Below are positions 10,015 to 20,826 of a stretch of 64,000 nt of DNA, piece after piece (within the stretch, counting starts at the first letter, position 1; each line of letters starts with the position of its first letter). The stretch lies in assembly GCA_963845185.1 (NCBI GenBank), contig CAWJRG010000010.1:384001-448000 (forward strand), written 5' to 3'. Under the pieces are notes generated by a model. It ran no database searches. It saw nothing but the letters and a program-made list of their open reading frames with translations, and was not told the DNA's origin. Source of the DNA: an uncultured bacterium. GTDB lineage: Bacteria; Oederibacteriota; PGYV01; CAWJRG01. The translations under genes were made by a program, and so were the position numbers.

Positions 10015-11472
10015 CTACTGGCTCCACCACGAATCTGTCGGAAAAACATCGTAACTGCCCCATCCGTTCACTATCCACATTGCGTTGTTAAACACAACGC
10101 AGCTTGCGCCTGCCCTCGCGCTGAAAGCAGCGCCGGAAGTCGCCTGCGTCCAGTTAAACCCGTTGTCCGAGTACCATACGTCATTGGTGCTGTTGTTCCC
10201 GGCTATTGCCAGCGTCTGGCCGGCAATGACCCATATCTTATTGTTATATACCACGCATGCGGCCAGAAACCTAGGCGTAAAGCCGGCGTTCCCCGTAGCG
10301 CCTGCCCAGTTTGCTCCGTCCGTGGACCACCAGACGTCGTTATAGAATATATTTTCTATGTTGTTGTATCCGCCGGTCAGCCACATGGACCCGTTAAATG
10401 CCACGCATGAAGGCCCTGCCCTTTTAATGAAAGGGGCCTCCGCTGTTGCCTCCTGCCAGTTTGCTCCGTCAGATGAATACCAGACGTCGTTAAAATAGCC
10501 AACGCTGTCGCCTCCTGCTATCAACCACATTTTATTGTCATATACCACGCTGGCATGATAGCCCCTTAAGCCAAACGCCGCAGATGCGGTTGCCTCCTGC
10601 CAGTTTGCGCCGTCGTTTGAATACCATACGTCATTACAATAGCCTCCATAAATATTGCCTCCAATTACCCACATTTCGTTATTGAATACTACGCTGGAAT
10701 GATAGGCTCTGCCGCTAAACCCGGCGCCTGCCGTTGCCTGCGTCCAGTTTGCGCCGTTGTTCGAATACCAGACATCGTTGTATAAATAGCGTGTTCCGGA
10801 AAGATAATATACCCCTCCTATGAGCCACATATTATTATTGTAAACCAGGCTCGTATATTCTCCCCTTCCGCTTATTCCTGTAGTGCCGGTTGCTTGCGTC
10901 CATACGCTGCCGGGCACAGGAGTAATAGTCGGGGTGTATGTCGGGGTTGAAGTGCTTGTCCACAAAGCAGCCGCGGCTGTCTGCTGTTGCGCAACTATTG
11001 TCGCTATTGCCGCAGCAGTCTGTGTCGCATTTGGCGTTTGGGTATCTGTATATTCCGGCGTGACAGTAAACGTGCTCGTCGGGCTGTATCCTGCCGCTGC
11101 CGCTGTCTGCTGTGCCGCTATGCTCGTGGCTATCGCAGCTGATGTCTGCGTGGCATTTGGCGTAAGAGTATCAGTAAACGTGCTTGTCGGGCTAAAGCCC
11201 GCGGCTGCGGCTGTCTGCTGGGCAGCTATGATAGTTTCTATAGCCGCTATTGTCTGGCTTGCATTTGGAGTTGCCGTTATTGTCGGCGTGTTCGTAGGCG
11301 AGTAAAGTTTAATCGCCATTGTCTGCGTGGCGTTCGCGTTTGCCGTCGCCGCCAGTATCGCGCCAACTGTGCCCTGCACGTCCGGCGTGGATGGAGTTTT
11401 TGTTTTTGAGCAGGAATTGGAAAGGATTATGAATGATAAAATTGCGATTGCGGTTATCAAGGTTTTTTTCAT
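10015..11472 (-). CDS. Lipoprotein with 3-unit T/A/Q stalk and Kelch-like beta-propeller
   Basis: LSNS/C lipobox; three AQQTAAAA units; MWLIGG...NDVWYS blades. Start MKKT at 11472. Confidence 0.85.
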   Translation of the reverse strand: MKKTLITAIAILSFIILSNSCSKTKTPSTPDVQGTVGAILAATANANATQTMAIKLYSPTNTPTITATPNASQTIAAIETIIAAQQTAAAAGFSPTSTFTDTLTPNATQTSAAIATSIAAQQTAAAAGYSPTSTFTVTPEYTDTQTPNATQTAAAIATIVAQQQTAAAALWTSTSTPTYTPTITPVPGSVWTQATGTTGISGRGEYTSLVYNNNMWLIGGVYYLSGTRYLYNDVWYSNNGANWTQATAGAGFSGRAYHSSVVFNNEMWVIGGNIYGGYCNDVWYSNDGANWQEATASAAFGLRGYHASVVYDNKMWLIAGGDSVGYFNDVWYSSDGANWQEATAEAPFIKRAGPSCVAFNGSMWLTGGYNNIENIFYNDVWWSTDGANWAGATGNAGFTPRFLAACVVYNNKIWVIAGQTLAIAGNNSTNDVWYSDNGFNWTQATSGAAFSARAGASCVVFNNAMWIVNGWGSYDVFPTDSWWSQ

Positions 11473-11612
11473 GATTAATGCCTCCAGTTTGATATTTTTA
11501 TATATTTTATCATTTACCCCGCTTCTGTCAAACAAAAAAGCCCGGAGTTTCGCCTCGGGCCTGTATTCTTTAATTGAGCTTTGAACTTTGAACCTTGAGC
11601 TTGGCAGTCAAC

Positions 11613-12179
11613 TTACGGGTGGAATTTTTCGACTCTGTAATTCCCGCTGTCCACTACATACACGTTCCCGCTGCTGTCTACTGCTACTCCATAAGGACTG
11701 TTAAACTGGCCATTGCCGGTCCCGTAACTGCCCCATTGCGAAATATACACGCCTGTATTGCTGAATTTTTCTATCCTGTTGTTGCCTTGATCTACAACAA
11801 ACACATTTCCATTGCTGTCCACTGCTATCCCCTTTGGCCCGTTAAACTGCCCGTTGCCGCTTCCCTGAGTGCCCCACACGGTTACAAACATCGCGGTCAT
11901 GGTAGCTGTTGCGTTTGCGTTGGCTACCATGGTGCATATTGCCTGGGCCGTCTGTGTAGCGTTCGGCTAGGCAGTTGACGTTGCCGTGACTGTCGGCGTG
12001 TGCGCGGCCACGGTCTGCGTCTCCTGCGCCGCCATCTGCGTGTCCACCGCCTCCACCGTCGCCTGCACGTTCTGCGTGGGCTGGGGCGTCGGTGCCGCAG
12101 GGTTGCTTGTCTTGCTGCAGCCTGCCAATGCCAAAATAACCGCCAAAACCACAGCCATGCACATTAATATTTTTTTCAT
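11613..12179 (-). pseudogene. Short NHL-repeat lipoprotein interrupted by an in-frame TAG (11967-11969)
   Basis: ORFs 11967-12191 and 11613-11930 share a frame: ...TATSTA*PNATQTAQAICTMVANANATATMTAMFVTVWGTQGSGNGQF, followed by two NHL repeats. Confidence 0.75.
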
Positions 12180-12252
12180 TATGTTCTCCATTTATTTTTA
12201 GCTTTGGCTGAATGCCGAATGCCAAATTCCGAATCCAAAATGTTATTTAAGC

Positions 12253-14106
12253 CTATGGTTTAAATTTTTGGATTATGCCACGATATCGATCCGACACATA
12301 AACATCCCCGTTGTTGTCTGTTGCCATATAAGCGGGGTTGAGAAAATATCCATTCCCGGATCCTCCATAACCGCCCCATGAAGTTATAAACCCTCCGGAT
12401 GACGTATATTCCTCGATTCTAACCGGCCCATTTCCCACTCCGTTATTATTCAGCACATACACAGTTCCGCTGCTATCTACAGTTATTCCATAATCCGACA
12501 CGTTTTCAAAACCATCGCCCCATGAAGTTATAAACCCCCCCGATGATGTAAATTTCTGGATTCTTTCATTATTAGAATCCGCGACATACACATCACCTGC
12601 GCTGTCTATAGCTATCCCAACTGGCCACGAAAACTGTCCGTTATCGGTTCCGGCGCTTCCCCATGATGTTATGAATGTTCCGGATGATGTGAATTCCTCT
12701 ATCCTGTTATTACCCATATCCGTGGCATATACGTTACCGCTACTCATATTTACAGCTATTCCAATATAATAATCGAATCCATTTCCCCAGACAGTATCAG
12801 AAGGCCAAAAATTCCCGTCTCCGAATCCTTGACCTCCCCATGCAGTTATGTATTGACCTGCGGTTGTAAATTTCACTATTAACCCAGTGTCGATATTCCC
12901 GACGTATACATTACCGGCGTTGTCCAGAGCTAAGCCGGTGGACATTCCCATGCTCGGCCAACTGTTTATAGCTGCTCCCGATGAAGTGAATTCCTGTATT
13001 GTGCCATTTTGCGAGGCAGCAAACACATTTCCGCCGTTGTCAACTGCCAGTCCCTGCGCGCTGTCGAAACTCCATTGTGTCTGGAACATCGCCGTCATTG
13101 TCGCTGTTTGCTGCACCGCGGCAGTGGCTGCCGCCGCCGCTGCCGTCTGCTGTGCTGCGGCTGTCGCTATCTGCTGCGCCGCGGCAGTTGCCGAACAAAT
13201 TGCCACCGCCGTTTCCGTACCCTGTATCTGCGCTGTTTGCGTGGCATATACCTGTGCCGTTGATGTTGCCTGCACCTGCGCTATTTCTGTCGCGAGCGCT
13301 TGAATTGCCTGCGCTGTTGCAGTAGCTATTGCATTAGCGTCAGGGGTTGGAGTATTTGTGATAGTCGGCGTATTAGTCGCAGTGCTTGTGCTTGTCCAAC
13401 CCGCCGCCGCTGCTGTCTGCTGCTGCGCCACTATCGTAGCTATTGCTGCTGCTGTCTCTGTGGCGTTCGGTGTGAGCGTGTATGTGTCAGTCGGCACCGT
13501 AGTATAGGTATTCGTAGCGCTGTAGCCTGCCGCTACTGCCGTCTGCTGCTGCGCTATCATTGTCAGTATGGCCGCCGCTGTCTGCGTCGCGTTTGGCGTC
13601 ATTGTATTTGTAAAAGTGCTTGTTGCTGTATATCCTGCCGCTGCCGCTGTCTGCTGCTGCGCAACTGCCGTAAAAATCGCTGCCATTGTCTGAGTCGCAT
13701 TCGGCGTAAGAGTATCAGTAAACGTGCTTGTAGGGCTGTATCCCGCGGCAGCCGCTGTCTCTTGCTGCGCTATTATAGTAAGTATAGCTGCCTGCGTAAG
13801 CGCCACATTCGGCGTGCTGGTGGCAGTATACCCTGCCGAAATAGCTGTCTGTTGCTGGGCAATCATGGTAAGTACTGCCGCTTCTGTCTGGGCAATGTTC
13901 GGTGTCGCGCTGATTGTCGGAGTTGATGTTGGCGAATACAATTTTATGATTTCAGTCTGAGTGGCGTTTGCGTTTGCCGCTGCTGTCAGCGCCGCGTTCA
14001 CCGTGGCTGCCACGTCCGGCGTAGACGGGGTTTTTGTTTTCGAGCAGGAATTGGAAAGGATTGTGAGTAGTAAGATTGTGACTGCGATTATCCCAAACTT
14101 TTTCAT
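12253..14106 (-). CDS. Lipoprotein with 5-unit T/A/Q stalk and NHL-repeat propeller
   Basis: LSNS/C lipobox; five AQQxTA units; GIAIDSAGDVYVADSNNERIQKF repeats. Start MKKF at 14106. Confidence 0.85.
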   Translation of the reverse strand: MKKFGIIAVTILLLTILSNSCSKTKTPSTPDVAATVNAALTAAANANATQTEIIKLYSPTSTPTISATPNIAQTEAAVLTMIAQQQTAISAGYTATSTPNVALTQAAILTIIAQQETAAAAGYSPTSTFTDTLTPNATQTMAAIFTAVAQQQTAAAAGYTATSTFTNTMTPNATQTAAAILTMIAQQQTAVAAGYSATNTYTTVPTDTYTLTPNATETAAAIATIVAQQQTAAAAGWTSTSTATNTPTITNTPTPDANAIATATAQAIQALATEIAQVQATSTAQVYATQTAQIQGTETAVAICSATAAAQQIATAAAQQTAAAAAATAAVQQTATMTAMFQTQWSFDSAQGLAVDNGGNVFAASQNGTIQEFTSSGAAINSWPSMGMSTGLALDNAGNVYVGNIDTGLIVKFTTAGQYITAWGGQGFGDGNFWPSDTVWGNGFDYYIGIAVNMSSGNVYATDMGNNRIEEFTSSGTFITSWGSAGTDNGQFSWPVGIAIDSAGDVYVADSNNERIQKFTSSGGFITSWGDGFENVSDYGITVDSSGTVYVLNNNGVGNGPVRIEEYTSSGGFITSWGGYGGSGNGYFLNPAYMATDNNGDVYVSDRYRGIIQKFKP

Positions 14107-14289
14107 GATTAATGCCTCCCTTTTAATATTTTCATATATTTTATCATTTATCCCGTTTCTGTCAAACAAAAAAGCCCGGAGCTTTCGCCCGGGCCCGTTG
14201 CTGTTTTTATTTGGATTTTGAATCAAAAATTCCTAGTTATCAATCGCCAATTTTCAATGAAAAACAATTCAGAAAAACAGGTTCAGCTA

Positions 14290-15588
14290 TTATTGGACAG
14301 AAATCGAAAATGCCATTGTGCTGTGTGTGCCGTCGCCGACAAGGTCGGTCCTGGTTGCCCCTGTCCAAAAGCATCCGGTATATAACACTGCGGAACTTGA
14401 AACATAATATCCGGCTATATAGGGCGTGCCTCCTGAGACAAATATCGAAGTTGCCTGACTTCCATATTGGCCCGCGCCTGCGCCTACAGTCAGGTGGTAC
14501 TTTACATTTCCTGCCCAGTAACACGGGGTATAAGGCATTATGTCATATCCTGCGGCATATACCGAGCCATCCTGTGTGACATATATTGATTTTACCCATC
14601 CTGCGGTTAAATCCATAGGAGTAAGCCATATACAATTGGCATTCATCCAGTAACACGGGGATTGCGTGCCGCCGGTGTTTAAATCACCGCCAACATACAC
14701 TGTCCCGTTTGATACAACTACAGAAGATGCTTCAGCACCATTCGGGCTGGTTTGAGGGAGAGCGCCCAGCGCATTTCCATTCCATACGCAGGGCACGTAG
14801 TTTGTACCGTCATAATAATAACCCGCTGTATATATCGTGCCATTCGCTTCATATATCGAGTTCGCGTATCCGTTTACGCTGTTGCAGTAAAGGTCGGTTT
14901 TTACGCCTCCTGCCCAGTAGCATGGCACGTTAATGGTGCCGTTGCTGTAACCTCCGGCTGCGTATACCGTTCCATTATCGGCAAAAATCGAATTGGCGTA
15001 GCCTCCGCCGCTAAGGTCGGTCCTGATGCCGTTTGCCCAGTAGCATGCGCCGTTAACCAAGCCTCCGCCTATATACATTACACCGCCGGATATGTATATT
15101 GAAGATGCTGACCCTGCGTTGACCCCGCCGTCAAGGTCGGTCTTTACTGTCCCTGTCCAGTAACACGGGATACTTTTTGTGCCGTTATCATAATTTCCGC
15201 ACGTATATACGATGGGTGTTGCGGTCGGCGTCGCTGTAGAGGACACAATTGCCGTCAATGTCGCGCTTGGCTGAATTGCCGTAATTGTTTGTGTTATTAA
15301 AGCTGTTATTGTCGTGGTTGCAGATGCTGTAAACGGGATTTGCAGGGTATTTGTTTCAGTGAATGTAACACCGAAATTCATTGTTGCGGTTTGCGTCTGT
15401 GTTTTTGGCACGTGCGTATTTGTTGATGTCGGAGTCGCAGCGGGAATGGACGGAGTTTTTGTCAGTGTGCTTATAATTTGTGCAGTATTAGTCGCCGCAG
15501 GCGGCGTCGGCGAAGGCATTTTTTTGCATCCAATGGCGATTATTATCCCGGTTAAAAGTATAAGTGCCGGAATCAGGATTTTTTTCAT
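14290..15588 (-). CDS. Lipoprotein with Thr-rich linker and PCYW-repeat beta-propeller-like head
   Basis: AIG/C lipobox; repeated ANSIxxxNGTVYxAGY...PCYW. Confidence 0.75.
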   Translation of the reverse strand: MKKILIPALILLTGIIIAIGCKKMPSPTPPAATNTAQIISTLTKTPSIPAATPTSTNTHVPKTQTQTATMNFGVTFTETNTLQIPFTASATTTITALITQTITAIQPSATLTAIVSSTATPTATPIVYTCGNYDNGTKSIPCYWTGTVKTDLDGGVNAGSASSIYISGGVMYIGGGLVNGACYWANGIRTDLSGGGYANSIFADNGTVYAAGGYSNGTINVPCYWAGGVKTDLYCNSVNGYANSIYEANGTIYTAGYYYDGTNYVPCVWNGNALGALPQTSPNGAEASSVVVSNGTVYVGGDLNTGGTQSPCYWMNANCIWLTPMDLTAGWVKSIYVTQDGSVYAAGYDIMPYTPCYWAGNVKYHLTVGAGAGQYGSQATSIFVSGGTPYIAGYYVSSSAVLYTGCFWTGATRTDLVGDGTHSTMAFSISVQ

Positions 15589-15705
15589 GATTTAACCTCC
15601 CTTTATTTATTTCGTTCTATAGCAATTATACCCCCTTAAAACCGCCCTGTCAAGCAGGGTAAATCCCGCCAATTTTAAAGAGTACGGGGGGTATTATCAT
15701 TCGTT

Positions 15706-15790
15706 GTAGAGACGTTTTGCAAAACGTCTCTACGTTTAATCATAAATCCTCTTTTATTTAAAGTAGAGACACGCCATGGCGTGTCTCTAC
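15706..15790. repeat. Two GTAG-family REP-like palindromes
   Basis: GTAGAGACGTTTTGCAAAACGTCTCTAC (15706-15733) and GTAGAGACACGCCATGGCGTGTCTCTAC (15763-15790). Confidence 0.8.
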
Positions 15791-15899
15791 TTATATCCCA
15801 TCCATATAAACAAAAAAGCCCGGAGTTTGACCCGGGCCTTTTATAATTCCTTAATCAACTATCCACTTTCATCTGTTCAACTTTCCCGCGCATCGCGCG

Positions 15900-17525
15900 T
15901 CACTGGCACTGCCTTATCTCTGTCCACGCATGAATGTCGGTTGTGGTCCCGTTGCCAAGCTGCCCGTAACCGTTATACCCTGTGGCCCACAGGCTGTCAT
16001 CGTCCTTTAACGCGAGACTATGATAATATCCGCATGATATTGTGCTCACTCCTGTCAGCAATTGCGTCCATGTGGTTAAATTCGTCGTGGTCCCATTGCC
16101 AAGCTGCCCGACACTATTATATCCCGTTGCCCACAAACTGCCGTCGCTCTTTAGCGCGATGCTATGCTCATCTCCGCATGCTATCGCGCTCACTCCTGTC
16201 AGCACCTGCGTCCATGTATGAATGTCGGTTGTGGTCCCGTTGCCAAGCTGCCCGACAGCGTTATTCCCTGTGACCCACAGGCTGCCGTCGCTCTTTAACG
16301 CGAGGCTATGCAAATATCCGCATGATATCGCGCTCACTCCTGTCAGCACCTGCGTCCATGCATGAATGTCGGCTGTGGTCCCGTTGCCAAGTTGACCGGT
16401 GACGTTCCACCCCGTGGCCCACAGGCTGCCGTCGCTCTTTAACGCGAGGCTATGGTAGAATCCGCCGGCTATCCCGCTAACTCCTGTCAGCACCTGTGTC
16501 CATGTGTTTAAATTCGTTGTGTTCCCGTTGCCAAGCTGCCCGTAGGGATTATACCCTGTGGCCCACAGGCTTCCGTCGTTCTTTAACGCAAGGCTATGAT
16601 TATATCCACATGATATCGCGCTCACTCCTGTTAAAACCTGCTCCCATGTATTTCTCTGGGTTGTGGTCCCGTCGCCAAGCTGACCGTCGATGTTATACCC
16701 GGTAACCCACAGGCTGCCGTCGCTCTTTAAAACTAAACTGTGCTGTGACCCTGCCGCTATGGCGCTCACTCCTGTCAGCACCTGCGTCCATGTGTTTAGA
16801 TTCGTTGTGGTCCCGTTGCCAAGCTGACCGTTAGTATTATATCCCGTTGCCCACAAACTGCCGCCGTCCTTTAACGCGAGGCTATTATATACTCCGCCAG
16901 TTATTGACAAAGCCTGGAAAGGCACGCATGTCTGCGTCGGCGTCGAAGTGTACGTGCCTGTCGCCGTGTATCCGGCAGCAGCCGCTGTCTGCTGCTGCGC
17001 AACTATTGTCGCTATTGCCGCCGCTGTCTGCGTCTGGTCCGGTGTATCTATATTAGTAGGTGTTGTTGTTATCGTAGGCGTTATTGTAAAAGTGCCTGTT
17101 GACGTGTACCCGCCCGCTGCTGCTGTCTGCTGCTGCGCAACTATTGTCGCTATTGCCGCCGCTGTCTGCGTAGCATTCGGCGTAAGTGTATTTGTATAAG
17201 TGCTTGTCGCGGTAAATAAATACGCAATATAAGTTTGCGTTATCGCGGCTATTTTCGTCTGCGTGGCGTTTGCCGCGCCTACTGCTGTGATTATTACGGC
17301 CACTGTCTGCGTCATATTCGGCGTCATAGTGCTTGTCGGCGTTACAGTGGGTGAATATAATTTTATCACCTGCGTCTGCGTGGCGTTTGCGTTTGCCTGC
17401 GTGGTCATTATAGCGCCGACTGTGCCCTGCACGTCAGGTGTGGACGGTGTTTTTGTCTTTGAACAGGAATTGGAAAGGATTGTGAGTAGTAAAATTGCGG
17501 TTGCGATTATCCCAAACTTTTTCAT
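15900..17525 (-). CDS. Lipoprotein with T/A/Q stalk and RCC1-repeat propeller
   Basis: LSNS/C lipobox; ~7 HSLALKSDGSLWATGYNxxGQLGNG repeats. Start MKKF at 17525. Confidence 0.9.
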   Translation of the reverse strand: MKKFGIIATAILLLTILSNSCSKTKTPSTPDVQGTVGAIMTTQANANATQTQVIKLYSPTVTPTSTMTPNMTQTVAVIITAVGAANATQTKIAAITQTYIAYLFTATSTYTNTLTPNATQTAAAIATIVAQQQTAAAGGYTSTGTFTITPTITTTPTNIDTPDQTQTAAAIATIVAQQQTAAAAGYTATGTYTSTPTQTCVPFQALSITGGVYNSLALKDGGSLWATGYNTNGQLGNGTTTNLNTWTQVLTGVSAIAAGSQHSLVLKSDGSLWVTGYNIDGQLGDGTTTQRNTWEQVLTGVSAISCGYNHSLALKNDGSLWATGYNPYGQLGNGNTTNLNTWTQVLTGVSGIAGGFYHSLALKSDGSLWATGWNVTGQLGNGTTADIHAWTQVLTGVSAISCGYLHSLALKSDGSLWVTGNNAVGQLGNGTTTDIHTWTQVLTGVSAIACGDEHSIALKSDGSLWATGYNSVGQLGNGTTTNLTTWTQLLTGVSTISCGYYHSLALKDDDSLWATGYNGYGQLGNGTTTDIHAWTEIRQCQ

Positions 17526-17640
17526 GATTAATGCCTCCCTTTTAATATTTTCATATATTTTATCATTTATCCCGTTTCTGTCAAACAAAAAAGCCCGGAA
17601 CTTCCGTCCGGGCTTAGATAATATTTATAATTTGCTGTTA

Positions 17641-19173
17641 TTATTGGCGTGTAACAACACGTATGCCGTTGCCAACTATAGATGAGTCGGCCGGGAAGTC
17701 GTCCCAACGGAAGCCAACCTGGAGGTTGGACGCGTCATAGTGATAGTTACCACCCCTCATTATACGGTTAGAGCCGCTCGTTGCGCCTTTATAATCAATT
17801 TCACCAGCGGCAGGATAAGCCGCATACCAATCCCAGCACCACTCGTATAAATTGCCCGACATATCATAGATGCCCAGGGCATTTGGCGCTTTAGTGCCCA
17901 CAGGCTGTGTTCCGCCGCTTGCATTAAAAAGAAACCACGCTACAAGCGCAGTTGCTGTCGTGTCAGAATAAACGTCTGTTGCGCCGCTTGCATAGTTGGG
18001 CGGAGTGCCTGTATAACTTGCCGCGTACTGGTACTCGCCTTCTGTAGGCAGCCTGTAACCGTTCGCGGCCCAGTTCACATACGGATTATCAAAACATCCG
18101 GCGGCAGTACAGGTAGTAGTGCTATAGCTCCCGCTTACAGATGATGTAATTGGCTGGGCAAATGCCGAGTCATAATAGTAAACAGGCGTTAAACCCTTAT
18201 ATTGGCTATATGCGTTACACCACACTATGGCATCCCTCCAGTTTATCTTTGTTACCGGCTGATTTACAGTAACCGGCGCTGCCCCGGGTGTCCCGCTGCC
18301 TGCCTCCTCCATGCCATAATTTTGAAATGCATAACTTGTGGCCCATATGCGCACCGTGTACCATAAATTATAGGTCAGCAGGTATTTCCCTATATTAAAA
18401 GCAGAAATTGTATGCGCAAAACTGTTTCCGCTTGTATCTTCCTGTACATATGTCCCGCCCGGAACCGAAACAAGTACTGAATAATCAATCGTAGCAGTTG
18501 GTGTTGCCGTAAAAGTAGGCGTCACTGTTGGTGTAGCCGTTATCGTCGTTGTAGCTGTCCATAAAGCCGCTGCTGCTGTCTGCTGCTGGGCCACTATCGT
18601 CGCTATTGCCGCGGCTGTCTGCGTCTGGTCCGGCGTATTTATGTTGGTAGGTGTTGCTGTTATTGTAGGCGTTATTGTAACAGTGCATGTCGCGGTATAT
18701 CCGACTGCCGCTGCTGTTTGCTGCTGCGCAATCATTGTCAAAATCGAAGCGGCTGTCTGTGTCGCGTTCGGCGTCAACGTATTTGTAAAAGTGCTTGTCG
18801 CGGTATATCCGGCCGCTGCTGCTGTCTGTTGCTGCGCTATTATAGTAAGTACAGCTGCCTGCGTAAGCGCCACATTCGGCGTGCCGGTGGCAGTATACCC
18901 TGCTGAAATAGCTGTCTGCTGCTGGGCAATCATTGTGAGCACTGCCGCTTCTGTCTGGGCAATGTTCGGTGTCGCGCTGATTGTCGGAGTCGATGTCGGC
19001 GAATACAGCTTTATTATTTCTGTCTGTGTGGCGTTTGTCCCTGCTGCCGCTGTCAATGCCGCGTTTACCGTAGCTGCCACATTTGGCGTGGACGGGTTGT
19101 TTGTTTTCGAGCAGGAATTGGAAAGGATTGCGAATAATAGAATTCCGGCTGCGATTATCCCGGGCTTTTTCAT
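17641..19173 (-). CDS. Lipoprotein with 4-unit T/A/Q stalk and FGE-sulfatase domain
   Basis: LSNS/C lipobox; four AQQQTA units; YRLPTEGEY and PNALGIYDMSGNLYEWCWD. Confidence 0.9.
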   Translation of the reverse strand: MKKPGIIAAGILLFAILSNSCSKTNNPSTPNVAATVNAALTAAAGTNATQTEIIKLYSPTSTPTISATPNIAQTEAAVLTMIAQQQTAISAGYTATGTPNVALTQAAVLTIIAQQQTAAAAGYTATSTFTNTLTPNATQTAASILTMIAQQQTAAAVGYTATCTVTITPTITATPTNINTPDQTQTAAAIATIVAQQQTAAAALWTATTTITATPTVTPTFTATPTATIDYSVLVSVPGGTYVQEDTSGNSFAHTISAFNIGKYLLTYNLWYTVRIWATSYAFQNYGMEEAGSGTPGAAPVTVNQPVTKINWRDAIVWCNAYSQYKGLTPVYYYDSAFAQPITSSVSGSYSTTTCTAAGCFDNPYVNWAANGYRLPTEGEYQYAASYTGTPPNYASGATDVYSDTTATALVAWFLFNASGGTQPVGTKAPNALGIYDMSGNLYEWCWDWYAAYPAAGEIDYKGATSGSNRIMRGGNYHYDASNLQVGFRWDDFPADSSIVGNGIRVVTRQ

Positions 19174-19392
19174 GATTAATGCCTCCCTTTAAATAATTTT
19201 CATATATTTTATCATTTACTCCGCCCCTGTCAAACAAAAAAAGCCCGGAGCTTTCGCCCCGGGGCTGTTGTTTTTAATATTATTCCATTTGGCATTTCTT
19301 TAATATTTCCTTCCGAACATCTTTAAGAACTATGTTTGAACTCTTTTTGAACTCCTTGCGGACATCCTCAAAGAACTCTTTCCGGGCGTTAT

Positions 19393-20628
19393 TTAGGTTT
19401 GATGCTGTTTTTCCAGTATTTTTTCCGTATTCATAAAAAATTCTTCTGCTTCAAGACATTTCGTATCTGATTTATCATGTTTTTTCATGAAAGACACAAC
19501 AACTTTTTCCGTGTTTTTATACCTGTTCGAAAAAATATCCAGCGCAGCCGCGGCCTTGCCTGGATCCCCGGATTTTACTTCCACTGCAATGAGTCTGCCG
19601 CCTATGCTTAATACATAATCAACCTCAAAGTCTCTTTCACGCCAATAAAACAGCTCTCCGCCCTGTTCCTGGGCCAGCCAGTATAATCTGGAACCGACAG
19701 CGTTTTCAAACAGCCTTCCCCGGTAAGCAAGGTCTTTAAACGATTGTTTAAAAGTACGGTTGTTTACGACGCTTATTATTGAATTATCAAGGGAAAGTAT
19801 TTTGGGGCTTGAACTTTTCTGTTTTATCCTGCTTCCGCTGTATTTATCAAGCGGAACAAGAAAAAAAGCATTTGCCATTAATCTTAAATAAAAAGCTATT
19901 GTGGTGGTGTTACCCGCATCCTGCAGTTGCCCCAGCATTTTTTGATAACTGAGTATTTCAGCAGGGTGATTAAGGCAAAGCGCAAAAGCCTGCCTTAACA
20001 AAGCAGGTTTTGTGACCGGATTCATAAGCAGGACATCTTTTGCTATTACAGTTTCAATTATGGCGTCCTTTATATATATTGCCCATCGTCTTATATTTTT
20101 TCTGATTTTTGCGGCCCCGGGATACCCGCCGTAATAAATATAATCATTTAGGGTAAATTTAAAAAATTCTTTGCACTCCTCATAAGACCAGTGGCTGTGC
20201 CTGTTTATTTCAAATCTTCCGGCAAGGCTTTCTGTCAATCCGCGCTGCATTAACAAAGATGACGAGCCTAAAATTACTATTCTTACGCGTGCCTGTTCTC
20301 TTTCATTCTTATCGTAAACATATTTTAGAGTATTGCTCCACCCGGGTATTTTCTGTATTTCATCTATTATTAACAACGTCTCGCGCTTAATCCGTTTCGC
20401 GGCATCGGCGGCAGTGTTATTTAATTCAATTATCCAGTTTCTGCTCTCCGCGCCGGGCGCGTCTGCGGTCGCGTAAAAACTCGGCCCCTTCCAACTGTCT
20501 TTAATCTGCAATACGAGCGTAGTTTTGCCCGTCTGCCTAGGCCCAATTAAAGCCTGTATAAACCGCGGCCCCCGGTTTAATTTTCCATTTATCTCTTTGT
20601 ACTGTTTTTTCCGCAAATATATTTTCAT
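19393..20628 (-). CDS. AAA-family ATPase (AAA_14 + DUF4143)
   Basis: Walker A GPRQTGKT, Walker B LIIDEIQK, ESLAGR, C-terminal EVDYV...AVEVKS nuclease-like motif. Confidence 0.9.
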   Translation of the reverse strand: MKIYLRKKQYKEINGKLNRGPRFIQALIGPRQTGKTTLVLQIKDSWKGPSFYATADAPGAESRNWIIELNNTAADAAKRIKRETLLIIDEIQKIPGWSNTLKYVYDKNEREQARVRIVILGSSSLLMQRGLTESLAGRFEINRHSHWSYEECKEFFKFTLNDYIYYGGYPGAAKIRKNIRRWAIYIKDAIIETVIAKDVLLMNPVTKPALLRQAFALCLNHPAEILSYQKMLGQLQDAGNTTTIAFYLRLMANAFFLVPLDKYSGSRIKQKSSSPKILSLDNSIISVVNNRTFKQSFKDLAYRGRLFENAVGSRLYWLAQEQGGELFYWRERDFEVDYVLSIGGRLIAVEVKSGDPGKAAAALDIFSNRYKNTEKVVVSFMKKHDKSDTKCLEAEEFFMNTEKILEKQHQT

Positions 20629-20693
20629 TGTGTTTTATTCTATCACGCGCTAAAAACCTTGTCAACAATTTGCTCAGTCAATTGAGCAAATTG
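20629..20693 (-). promoter_or_regulatory. Sigma70 promoter of the ATPase with adjacent 11-bp perfect inverted repeat
   Basis: TTGACA-17nt-TAGAAT, 8 nt before ATG; CAATTTGCTCA-6nt-TGAGCAAATTG at 20666-20693. Confidence 0.7.
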
Positions 20694-20826
20694 CAGTTCA
20701 ATATTATACGCAAATAGTACTATCCCTGACTATTCCCCGGGTTATTCGACGGATAAAAGTCATCGTGATACTCCAAAATATGTTTTTTTCAAAAGGCAAA
20801 GAGGAGTGCTCAACTATTATAAATCT

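Noticed and set aside
14107..14226. N-terminal extensions in the ORF track (MFDR..., MIQNP..., MIKYM...)
   Set aside because: They translate the terminator/promoter module; true starts follow GGAGG at MKK.
1..19173. Diversity-generating retroelement (RT plus FGE/C-type-lectin lipoproteins)
   Set aside because: The RT lies inside a group II intron and has group II motifs. No template/variable repeat pair differing only at adenines was seen for either FGE C-terminus, and no avd gene is present.
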